Assembly (NCBI RefSeq): GCF_026571515.1
Contig: NW_026856964.1
Coordinates: forward strand, 124,001 to 188,000
From: Ruditapes philippinarum
Taxonomy: Eukaryota
Direction: 5' to 3'
Length of the DNA: 64,000 nt
The notes beneath the pieces were generated by a model. It had not been told where the DNA came from. It made no database searches and worked only from the letters and a program-made list of their open reading frames with translations. This document shows positions 12,601 through 25,164 of the stretch, piece by piece. The position numbers and the translations under genes were made by a program. Within the stretch, counting starts at the first letter, position 1. Every line of letters starts with the position of its first letter.

Positions 12601-15600
12601 TTATTCCTGAATTTTATACACAAAATTGTGTAATGATGTTAGAAATTCTCTTGACTTGAAGTTCTCCTTCATTTTTGAGAGCTCGTAATGGCGGTGTTTA
12701 TCGATTAATTTTATCCAGCTGGCGTTCCTCTGTCTCTTCTTCTGTGATATAATGTCGTCAAATTGTCCATCCTTATAAAGAGTTTTAATTAATTCTGGAA
12801 CATCTTGTTTAAACTTTTCTTTTCCGCTAATATAATAAATATACTATTAGTAAAATACATAATGATTTTGATATTTTAAATACGCTTTTACAATTATAAA
12901 ATGATACAATTTGGGTTGATTTCGTTATACAAAACTCACGGTTTAATTGATGTATAATAAGAAACTTACAAATCTAGTAGTTCTTTATCCTTTGGTTATT
13001 ATTAAATATTCTTAAAGGTATATGCGTAATGATTTGGTTCAGTGAAATATTATTTTGATTGCACACAGTACAACCTTTGAATGTTTCGGACAAACATAAT
13101 GTTCTAAACGAATTAGGCTTGCAGGCCTATCCGTGAACATATATTCTACTTTGCATTATTTGTAAAGAAATCCAATCAGAGAACACAATTTCCTTAACTC
13201 TTAAAGCAAATGCAATGCATATATAAACAGCTCAAAAAAACATGTACACATACTTTGATATTACGTGATCAACTAAACCCAAATTGTGAGCAGTCATTGC
13301 AGATATCGGTGTTGTCTCACGAACAAGTTCCCTGGCAGCTGTATGACCAATGCGTGCTGGAAGGAAATATGTCCAATATTCCGAGCCGAAAAGATTCATC
13401 GATTTGTACGACGGAGTAAGAAAAACACCCTGAAAATATTGAGGTAGATTTAAAATATGACAAAAAGAATTAAAAGGTGCCTACTATAACTTTGAATACC
13501 TTCTGTATCATTTGTATCAGAAGCAGAAAGATATATCTTTTCAAATCTAGCTACCAACTATCAGACAGTTTTATAAATTTTGAAAGGATTTTGCGTACAT
13601 AAAAAAAGAATGGTTGAGTTGTTCCTCATAATGGTTCAATCTCCCTATACATATGTAGTGATTATATTTATCGAGAAAAAGGGAAACAATTAAACACTTT
13701 CATAACGTCAGGAAATATAATCAGATTTTGCGGAATGAAACTTTTCCCCTTTTATTGTAGATGAAAAGTATTGCAAGACTTTAATTTCAGGAAGTTTAAA
13801 ATGTATCGAATTTCATTGAAATATATATCTTTAAGGTAGACACCGTAAAAAAGATAAATAACATAACGATTTTTTTCCATTACCGGATGAGCAACTGTGA
13901 CGTCACAAGCTAGTGCAAACATTGCGCCCCCTGCAGCAGCGTTTCCTTGTAAGACTGCAACAGTTGCTTTGTTATGCATTTTTACCGTGGTGCTTATGAC
14001 ATCATTGATTTTGTTTATGTTGATCCATGCTTCCGCCTGCTTGTACATGCTGTGCTCAATAACACACAGATGGATTCCTGTAAGTATTATAATCCTTATG
14101 TTATCGTACTTTCATCGTATTTAGTAGGAATCTAGAACAGATTTGTACAAGAAAATAAGGTCCTATTTATAGTCTTCCAAAGAAAAAAAAACGAAATTAC
14201 GCTAGAACGCGCGGCGTTTATGGATAATTTTAAATCTTGGACGGTTTCAATTTAAGATGTAATTTAATTTCACTTTAGATACTTGATACATGTCCTTTGA
14301 TGCCTTTCCTGCATAATTTGAGATAAATGTTTAGTATCGACACGATCACGCAAAAGATCTATATAAGTTTTATTCTTTATTTTACACTCCTTAGGCTTTA
14401 TTTACAAAAAATGTTCTAATACAGTCAGGAAGGTTAACATTCGTGCCTTTTTCATATCGTGTATTGGCTGACAAGTATTCCTCGATTTAGGAGGGTTTTT
14501 GTTTTTCTGAACAATGATCGAAAAGTAAACATATCTAAGAATTTGTTCTGTGCTCTCTCATTACTAGTAATTAAAAAAAAATATTTTGAAAATATCAAAC
14601 TCCTTTATACATATAGATAATAATTGCAAATTATGACAACCTTGTACGTGTATGAGATCTACATTAATCAAAATTTAATGTTTTATGATAATCAACAAGT
14701 TGATAAATGGTTGGTTAAGCTCATTTGAAGTTTGTGAAGTTATTTCCAGAACTTAAACTTTTTAGCATGGGCCTATGTTCATTGCTGTAATTTTAACTGT
14801 TTGTACATATTTTAAATCTTAATTGCAATCTAACTCGTTTTCATAATATCGTTTGATCTCAACTGAACACAGATTTCTCACGTAGTAAATCCATATGTAT
14901 CAAATGTATGTACTTTAATAACTTTGTTTACTGATTTATCTCAAATACTTATAGAATTAAACAAAATGGCAATTATCACGCGTGAGCATATTTTAGCTTA
15001 AATAAAACAAAATGTTTTGATAAACATGCATCGGTTAAAAACATGAAACAACCTAGATGTTGAAAGAATTAAGTATACAAAAAGAGATTATTTTTTTCTG
15101 TCACAAACGTTTTTTTAAGTTTTTAGCGATACAGTTAAAGTGTAATTGGTACATAAATGTAAGTAAAAGAAATCAGGTACATGTAAACATGTTAAAATGA
15201 CACTTTAAAGCATCAAAAGTTAACAATTTCAAGTGTCAAATTTACTCTTCAATAGGTGTAAGGTACACTAGAAAATGAATCAAAAATTTCAGAACGTTAT
15301 TATAGTATAAAGTGAAATAATTGAGTTTTAAGGGAACAGTTTACATATATGTATTTAAGTGTATGTGGTCAAAGTGGCAATGTGGCACTCAAACAAGTAC
15401 GTGTACGCTTCTGTATTATCGTAGACGTACATTGTTGCATACAACCGAGTTCGTTATGTGGCACATTAACAAGTGAAACATGTACCTGTGGAAGAGAATC
15501 TCTCGCCACCCATAAGTACAACAACTTTAACATCAGGCATCTCGTCAATTAGCTGTAATGATTGAACAAGTCTCGCAGCCTGGTGTTTATCCATAGCTCC

Positions 15601-18600
15601 ATTATAAAAGTCAAAGTGTACATAACAAATTGGCCCGTCGTGTACCACTTGAATATCATCATAAGCACATGGCTCATTAATCTCGGGTAAATAGATTTCT
15701 CTGTTCGCCTCGTGAAGTATTTTCATTGACGGCAATTTGATAGTGTTAGTCTTCGATGCCTGAAAAAATATTAGTTTAAAAGTTTCAGTATAAATTCGCT
15801 ACATGATGAAGGATGGTATAAGAGTATGCTATATCATGTAATATCTAGATCACTTTTAATTGGGTAAACCTCCAAAACATATTGTATCATAGTTTTGGAG
15901 ACCTTTCTTGTTGAAAATGGTGTCAGGGTTAATTGTATACATATATAACTGCACAGTGCATTAACTGGATGGGGTAATTAGTTACCCGCACTCCAGAACA
16001 TGCCCATTGATTGGGCTCATTTTTGCTGGGGTTTACATTTATGTCGCCCTATTCTAAAATGGGTATATACAATTTCTCTTTTTTGGGAAAAAGGGGTTAA
16101 AGGTTCAAGAGTTGTAACTTTAATTTTAATAACTCCTAACAGTGTTGGACTTCTGGATTGGTATTATAGATGTCAACATGTGATAAAGCAATTTGTTATA
16201 TACCTTTATAATTTTGCAGTAATTGTAAAAATTAAAAAAAAAAATTTGGAGATAGACCAAAAATGTTTATTTTTAGATTAAAAAATTACTCTAAAAAGGT
16301 TTGCGGAGATATGACAAAGTAAGGTCTAAAATTGTAATCTTTTTTGATTTAGCATTTTTAAGAGTAAATAATTTAAACTATAGAATATTAGTAGATTTTA
16401 CATTCTAAAGAACATTTTTAGCCAGAGTGGTTGAACCGCTGACACTGAATCATTTTATCTTCGTAAAAAACTATGGTCAAAGTGTAAATTCATTCCACGT
16501 GAATCCAAGTGGGCCTTTCTCGATAATAACAATATAAAAAGTGTGCAATAAAAAAGAAAAACAAACATTTACAAAATTTTTAAATGCATGAACTTGCTAA
16601 AAAAATGAACATATTTTGAAACCATTATGAAAAATGAAATGATTGTAACATCTCTAAATATTGTGATTTTAAATGATACAGATATAAATTATTATTACCA
16701 TTTCATTTCATTTCATTTTATTGGCAAATCGGCAAATAAACATTACCTTTGGCCCATTAACAGAGTATCATGAAAAATATGGCCAAAAAAGTTAAATAGT
16801 TAACAAATATTACATCATACAATAATATAACAAAAAGAGTACAAGAATTGAAACAATTAAGAAAAGAGTTACATCTTCAAGAGACTGTTGCCCTCAACTT
16901 TAATGCATTAGAAAAATAGTGAGTTCACAAATTTAAGAATAAAAGCTTTTTTGTTATTAGTGGACAATATAGTCGAACATTTTAGTAAAGGTAAGCAATG
17001 AAATGTTTTTCCTAAATATTTGGTTCTTATAAACAGTATAAATTTTTGACAACATAAAAGGAAGTGGTATTCTGATTCAATAGAGTTATATATACATAGT
17101 TTACATTGCGATCGTTTCTGAAATCAATGTATCAATGTTAAAATGTTACCAATAAATTCTTTTTAATTCACACAATTAAAGTCAATACGAACATGCATTC
17201 AAGTTTCAAGTAAATTGTTTGTGGTTTAATATCAACGTAATGAAAAAATATCTGCTCAAGTTTCTTAACAATCTTCAAGATTGCAAAAATCGTCGTTTCA
17301 AAGATTTAACATCCAGTGAATTTTGCAATCTCCCATATTGGTTTTTGTCGCACAACGTAGATACTGGAACAATCCATGAACAGGCTAATCAAACCGAGCC
17401 GGCAACATTTTAGATCATGCCGTATTGTGCTTTAAAAGAATTCTGCTATTATCTAATAAATATAATCATTGATGACCCGGAGAACACTGAAACTCGCAAT
17501 GCAAACTTAAAATCTATGTTTTGACAAGACAGTGGTATTCCGACCCATTGGAATGTTAAATATCTATTTATTTTGTGAATATTTTAAAGACTTGAAACAA
17601 TGATTTATCTGAAACTGATGGCAAGTTCAAAACTTCCCCCACAGACTTGATGTTGTTGATAATAAAATTCCAATAGTTTTGTGGAAGTTCTGGCTAACTG
17701 CAGTCACAAGTTCTAAGAGACAATAATTTCTTGTAAGGACAACGTCTGATAATGTAAGTAAGTCTGACCTGAAATGGACAAAATATTATCATTAACAATT
17801 AAACAACAACAATGCTCGATACTCCAAATAGTTCAAAATAGTTCATACGAATATCCGAATATAGTTATCCGAAACTATGTGATTGTGAAACTTTGAGAAA
17901 TATATATAAAATAATGATAATACTATGAAACAAATACTAATACAAAATATAAATTCAGTTATAAAACGTATAGAAGCTAAAATATATTACTTACATGCTT
18001 CAGAAATCATTTTTTAACTGTTACTTTCCTAAATAGCTGGCTGATTTAGATACGATTGTTGTTGTTATCACTGGAGTTAGAACAATTATATTGTCAGGCC
18101 CCTTCAGGTCACATGACATATATTTTTCAACTTGATTGGCTGGCACGAAAGATTAGTCTAAAAGTGTTACATGTGTTGGAGATACGACGTAAAAAGGCTA
18201 ACAAAAAGCTTTCCATTGGACATAGAACAAAATACAGACGCTATATCTACAAAAGTATGACGTAAATCTTCACAATTTTTGTTTTGGAGATAGAACAAAC
18301 TAATACTAAAATAAATGTGCAGTTATCTCATTTTTGGTAAAAATGGAGTTAGGACATTTTTAGAATAAGGCGACGATATTGTGACGGCAGAGAAAGGGAA
18401 AGCGACAGAAATGTCATATTCAGATGTTCGTTCATTGGTTCATTTTTGCCGGGGTTTCATATTTTGACAACAGGGAACGTGCTTTTATGTTTGACTATGA
18501 TACAAAAGAGAAAGAACACCAAAACACTAGGCAATCTGATTAATACTAGGGGGCTATGCCCCCTCGTACAAATAAGATAGCCTCGTGTTTCGGTGCTCTT

Positions 18601-20195
18601 TCTATTACTAATTACATTGTTTACATTTTATCGACTTCAGCAGACAACTAGGTAATTATTTATCTTCTAATCAATACTTAACTAACCCAAACTTAATTAT
18701 GTAAATAAAATGATCAGTTTATAGAAAGTTTCCGTCTTTATGTTATTTATTTATTTTTTTTATTTTTTATTATTTTTTTTTTTTTTTGGTACTTTTTTCC
18801 ATTTTATCTCAAATTGTCATCAATATGTTTGTACATGCACATACATAATTTTTATTGGGAAAAAAGGTTTTTAATGTTTACTTTTTTCATTTGTCCGATC
18901 CATAAAGCGTTGTCGTCCCCAGCTTTAACCAACATTGCATTCTGTCTTTGTCCTATAAACTGCCCTGGCTGAGCCGCGGTTATCAAATTCTTTAATAATT
19001 CGCTTTCTCTTCCTGTTTCAATATGTGCATCAAACAGACGGTATACATTTTCCCCACCAAGTTGTCTAAATCTACCAATTGCTCCTGGTGATGTATCTGA
19101 CATGCGTATTTTTGCTGAAATCTTTTCCGCTGATTCCTCCCAATCTATACGACGGTCGTCATGTTTCATATTTCTACGAAAGGTTCCGGTGATTTCAGGA
19201 CAAGAATATTGAGGAGTTGGTGCTATCCCCTGACAATATCGAGACAAAGAGTCTAGAATGCACCTGACTGCAGAATCAGCAATACTGCCGTTATACAAAG
19301 ACGATTTAGTGCTTCCTTTAGGAACCCTAAATGTATCTGTACTCCATATATGACCGCCATCAAAAACATCTGATGCCTCTACTACAGTAACTCCCCATTC
19401 ATGTTTGCCTTCTAAAATCGCCCAATCTATAGAACTAGCTCCACGATCTCCCGCTATTCCAGGATGAAGGATCAGACATGGCTTTTGTTTATAAATTGAT
19501 TCCGGGATTCTTGCTTTAAGAAATGGACAAATGACAATATCTGGCTGAAATTTGTTGATTTCATCTTGCATTTCTTCATTATTCCTAACACTCACAGAAC
19601 TGCAAACTACCTGTAGCGGAAGTTAAAATGTTTATTAAAGTATGATTATATATACTGTGTGTCAATACTGTAATGTTTCAGATAATCTTGATAATGAAAA
19701 TGTACGTTACGTTCATTAAAATCCGTCAATTGCATTTCCAGCTAGCATGACACAATCATATAATATTAGAGTCCACTATTTCTGATCACGTTTGATTATT
19801 TTAATTAATTTACATGTTATGCTGTGCAAACAGATATAAAATACATCAAAACTATGACTGGCTTATTAAACATCTCTCATATAGTCGACAAAATATGTGT
19901 AATTACTCTGCTCCTTTTATTATCTACTGAGTATTAGCTATCTTTATAATTTCGAAAAATTTACAACCTCATACGATTTTATCGTTTCTTCTACTCTTCT
20001 TGTTAACGTATTTACAGCTCCGCTCATCAACAAGACCCGGACATGTTTTCGTATAGACACTCGGAATTGGCCCGGTTTCGGAAGCTGGAAATTGTGAACA
20101 AACATTAAACTTTTGCAAGTACAGTAAAACCTCGCTAATGAGACCACTAAACGGACTTCGCATACCTGTTCTTCATTATAACGGGTTTGTCTCAT
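12601..20195 (-). CDS. hoxX: HoxX/HypX-like protein (N-terminal formyltransferase + C-terminal enoyl-CoA hydratase/crotonase domain), about 580 aa, spliced
   Basis: Minus-strand exons are 20166-20195 (tentative), 19968-20084 (donor could be 19965), 18882-19610, 15486-15759, 13884-14077, 13254-13429 and 12601-12826. All are GT-AG, phases are compatible and there are no internal stops. HoxX hallmark blocks appear in order: FQPDIVICPFLKARIPESI, HPGIAGDRGASSIDWAI, WGVTV..A...DGG.IW, IDW, HFDFYNGAM, VLMGG, GIHL..IE, LQGNAAAGG, Y..M.LFGSEYWTY.LP.RIG, EL.KM..NF, FVYK. Confidence 0.9.
16699..17125 (-). mobile_element. 5'-truncated non-LTR retrotransposon (LINE) 3' fragment in a HoxX-like intron
   Basis: The minus strand encodes a decayed C-terminal motif, CKLC...IESEYHFLLCC, followed by AATAAA and an (ATGAA)n tail at about 16699-16722. 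Confidence 0.6.
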
Positions 20196-20529
20196 CAATG
20201 AGTTTGGTATGACAAAAAATGCTATTTAATAAAATATACCGGCTTAAGCAGATATTAACATTTAAACATGAAAATTGTGAACTTTTAAATTTAGAAACAT
20301 CATAAAAATCATCTATAATACTCATCGGATAAATATTAATTATATTATTGAATGGCAAAAAAGGACATCAGAATACTAGATTTGATTGTGTATAGAATAC
20401 TAAATCGTTAAAAGTCAACAATTACACAATTAATCAGAAATATTTTGGTCTGATAAAGCATCATTTCCAGCGCAACATTTTTGTATTAACGGTGTTTATG
20501 ATGCAAATACCACTCTGTTTATCATCATC

Positions 20530-20705
20530 NNNNNNNNNNNNNNNNNNNNNNNNNNNNNNNNNNNNNNNNNNNNNNNNNNNNNNNNNNNNNNNNNNNNNNN
20601 NNNNNNNNNNNNNNNNNNNNNNNNNNNNNNNNNNNNNNNNNNNNNNNNNNNNNNNNNNNNNNNNNNNNNNNNNNNNNNNNNNNNNNNNNNNNNNNNNNNN
20701 NNNNN
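20530..20705. other. Assembly gap (N run)
   Basis: Run of N. Confidence 0.99.
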
Positions 20706-20778
20706 TAAATCATTATCATATTTTTTATTTTTATAATTATTATCATTATTATTATTATTATTATCGTTATTACTATTA

Positions 20779-20816
<38 letters not shown>

Positions 20817-21056
20817 TTATTATTATAAATAACTATTATTTTTATTATTATAAATAATTATTATTGTAATTATCATTGTAAATTATTATTGTTGTAATTA
20901 TTATTATTATTATTATAATAATTTTTTTATTATTTTTATTATAATAATTTTTATTATTATTATTATAATTATTATTATTATTATTATTTTTATTTTTATT
21001 TTTATTATTATAATTATTATTATTATTATTATTATTATTTTTACTTTTATAAATTA
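20706..21056. repeat. Degenerate (ATT/AAT)n microsatellite
   Basis: Imperfect trinucleotide array flanked on both sides by gaps. Confidence 0.95.
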
Positions 21057-21232
21057 NNNNNNNNNNNNNNNNNNNNNNNNNNNNNNNNNNNNNNNNNNNN
21101 NNNNNNNNNNNNNNNNNNNNNNNNNNNNNNNNNNNNNNNNNNNNNNNNNNNNNNNNNNNNNNNNNNNNNNNNNNNNNNNNNNNNNNNNNNNNNNNNNNNN
21201 NNNNNNNNNNNNNNNNNNNNNNNNNNNNNNNN
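21057..21232. other. Assembly gap (N run)
   Basis: Run of N. Confidence 0.99.
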
Positions 21233-24200
21233 ATATGGTAATTTTGCAATTTAAAGCTTTCATTAGGAAAAACATTTTCATTACGTATTTTATAATTAAC
21301 TAACTCTTACCTACAAAAATTACTGCGTTTAAAAAACTGTCTTACAATTAATTTGTAACCATGATATGTGGATACATTTGATAATCAAGATATTTCTTAG
21401 CAATATAAACTATAAATGAAAGGCATATAAGAAAGAAAAAAAGATTGTTTTATGAAAATACAAGCCAAATAAAAAAAAAACAAACAATAATATGAACAAC
21501 AATAAAAATCCGTTATAGAATACATAATTTTACATATATGAATATGTGTTTATTTAGACAAAGCCGATGACGCATTTGAAAAAAAAATCTTTCTAAAATA
21601 GATAATAAATTGAATGTTTTATTATCACGTAATAATTCTATTTTCGAAGGTTATAAATCTATAATTTTGAAACCCTCACATAGAAATAACAAAGAAAGAA
21701 AGGAGTGGTGGGGGCGGCGGGAACGTACGGTTCAGATTGTTTCCCTTTTCCATGTTGTTTTAGCTTTGACATTGTTCAACATAGATATTCAGTTTAAAGT
21801 ATCTTGTTCTTTTTTACATTTGATTTCACTTGCAAGACTACATTTTGTTTCAATATATTCCAAAATGAATTCAAATACTAAAGTACCAGACCTCTCTGCT
21901 ATTATAATAAAATTTTAAATACCTTGTTCATAATGCTGTTCATTTTAACAATGAAATTACAATTCCAAGCTTTTTGTAACACATACACATGAATTTATTA
22001 TTGTAACGATTCGTTTCACAGCCCAACAAGTTATTACGCCAGTCTTTAATAAAGAATAAAAATTTAAATTCGAAATCTATATTGCCACATAAATTCTCAA
22101 ATATACTAATATATCCAGTTTTTTAAATGTTTGAATAAAAATAACTTGACTGTATAAAGTATCCTTTATTATCCAATGTAACTTTTATAAAAAATAACGA
22201 AAAAAGAGACTGGCAAAGAAATAAACAATTTAAACAAGAATTCTAAAATGATGCAAAGCGTTAACAAACACTCATTGCGCATGACATATTATTCTGTTTA
22301 ATTTTGAAGTTTGAAAATCTTTAAAGTGGGTTGGTCTACAATTGACAATTTTTTTCCGGAAGTACTTTAATATTGTAAAAAGCAAAAGAAATTATCATTT
22401 TGGATTTTATTTATAATTTTATGCTTGAAAATAAAAAAAAAAAAAAAACAACAATTGTTGATAAAGTTCTTAGTGATTTAGTTTTTATATTATGAATAAT
22501 GCTATTTTGTTTTTGAGAACATTTTATTATATGATATACAACGTAAAACACGTATTATTGGATCATGTATCTCACACTTTCCAAAAAACCATCCATACAT
22601 GATATTTCTAGATACTAAATAATATTGACATTATTTCTTTTTTTTATTACACACATTCCATTATAGAATAATCAGCTTTCACAAAAATATTGCAACATTC
22701 TAATCATAAATTGATAAAAAGAGGATGACTTTTATTCACATTTCAAAACGACTCTCTTTAAAGTCATAGACAAAAACTATACAAAAAACACCCTTTTGAA
22801 TTACATATTTTCTCGAAAAATATTCTGTTCTGTCAGCCGTTTACTCGATTACTTTTGAACCACATTTTAAGTAAGATGGGGTTGCTGTAAAATGCATTTA
22901 ATATCATCTCAGTGCATTTTCTTTTCTGTTTAAATGACTTGTAACACGTAAGTTAGAAATAACATTTACCATAATAAACTTGCGTGACGGCTACAACTAC
23001 ATTTTATTTCAAGTCTATTTTACCTAAATATTTTGACCTCGAAACATCGATAATGAAAACCTATATAATCATATACGTATGATTAATAATCATTTAAACT
23101 TTAGAAACAAGTATATTTGAAAAACAAATTACATCTTCTTCATGATCATGACCATGATCACCTATAAGTTGATAATGCCTTACAGTAAATTTTTGTTTTC
23201 ATCTCGTAAATCCTATTGATTTTTAAGTTTGTCATGAAACAATCATGATATTTTATGAGGTAAATATATTTTGAATTAGTATGTCATTTTTTTGAATTTG
23301 TGGCCAGTTTCGACGCCCTCCTGAGACTAAGAAATAAACTGATAGGAGTATAATCTAATGTAAACGTTAATTTACTGGATTACAGATTCAGTTAATTCCA
23401 AATGAAATATCTTTCAGTAAATATCGTTGTTTGTGAGTATTTGAGTATTCAAGTTGATACTTTTCTGCTTAGATGTAATAAATAAGGTTTTAAAAAAGGA
23501 TTACCCAAAATAATCAAAGTAAGAACGAGTGAACAGCACTGGTGAATACCTTTGGTGTGCAGATCATTTAAGTACAGGCTCATAGATTATGGTTGATTTA
23601 ATGGTATATGCCAAGAATAATTGATTTTGTCTAGCATCTTGAATAAATTGAAACATATCAACTGTCAGATTTTCAATATTACGTTTCAAACACGTGATGT
23701 TTTAATATAAATCATTATTTGGTTAAGCCTCGTTGTCAAGTCCAGTCTCATAATAGTTAACATCTAATGCATATCGTACCCCATAAAGCCCTGTTGTTAC
23801 TTTCAGTATCCAAAAAATCTATATCTAGGCACCAGCCTAGTCCAATATAGGTTTTGTAGTTGTGTAAGAGTCCAGGAAAATCAGTATTGTATTCAACAAT
23901 GTATAAAGAATTCTTTATTTCATTCATCAGTTTTTAGGTCTAGACAGAACCTTTTTATTTGAGTATAATATAGAAATGATATGGATATTTGGACTCGGAA
24001 AATGTAAAAGAGGCTAGACGGAGTACAATAAGGATTTAACAGGGTTTTCGGACCTGAAAAAAAACGAGACTTGATTGAGTAAAATAGTGATGTGATATAG
24101 GTTTTTTTTGACTCGAGAAAAGAAAACTTGGCTAAATTGATCAAATTTGATCCAACAATGATTTTTTGTTATAAAATTATAATTTAAATCATTTTAAGTC

Positions 24201-25164
24201 ATGCTGATTTATTTTATCGATGGTGTATTAAACATCAGATGTGGTTGAAGCGTTTCTTAAAAAAGACATCTTAATGTTACCATAATTGCTAAATGGTATA
24301 AGAATTTTTGTACAGAAAGTTTAATTAATCTTTTAAGTGATATATGGTGTAAGTTTGTCTTGTTTTTGTATTGTATGACAAGAATTTGTGCATTTAATAT
24401 GTAGGTAATGTACTAGTGCTGATGCATTGCAGTTGCACTCCATTAAAAGTGCAAATAATTTACCGCCACATGATTATATAATAATTTTACGAGCTATATA
24501 TACATGTTTTTACAGCATAACAATCAGTTGTGGTAAGAGATATTACAGACATTACATATGAAAACGTGATCTAATATTCATGCGTTGTGATTGTTTGACA
24601 TAACTTAAGTATATACATAAGTTGGTTTACCTTAAAGTACTTCACTTCAGTGTTGTTATATTTTTCTGGTCCTTCGGGATCACTGATGCCAGCACTATTA
24701 AGTGTTGAGAATTGAGTACCGCTCAAGCCGGTGCTAGGGGCGTGAGGGATGTTGCACGTATTCATTATTGTATTCATTATCCCTCATGTACAGACTCAAT
24801 CAAACCGAGTCTGCAATTTTCATGTAATTTTGTTGTGCTTATGAGGGATCACTTTGTTTCCAGATTGTTCGCATTCTTTCTTAAATAGCTTAACTGTTTT
24901 GCAATCGTGTCAAACGCCAGATACATAAAACTAAAGTTTTCTACTACAATAATAGTAGCGAACAAATAAGAAATATATATGTGTCAATATATACTTTTGT
25001 ACAAAGAGTTGGGATTGCCCCATAATGATTTTTTTATACAACTCTATTCTTTAAATAAGAAGTTCCAAAAAAAACAACAACAATAAAAATATCGAGTATA
25101 AAAAGGAGGGTATGATTTAATGATGAAGTAAACATTTCCCAGTCAGTCTAATTAGGGCTAGCTT

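Noticed and set aside
12601-20195. Bacterial contamination or a hydrogenase operon
   Set aside because: Spliceosomal introns, host repeats within introns, and no other hyp/hox genes in the window.
20492-21281. Tyr/Asn/Ile-rich ORFs
   Set aside because: These are translations of the ATT microsatellite and N gaps.
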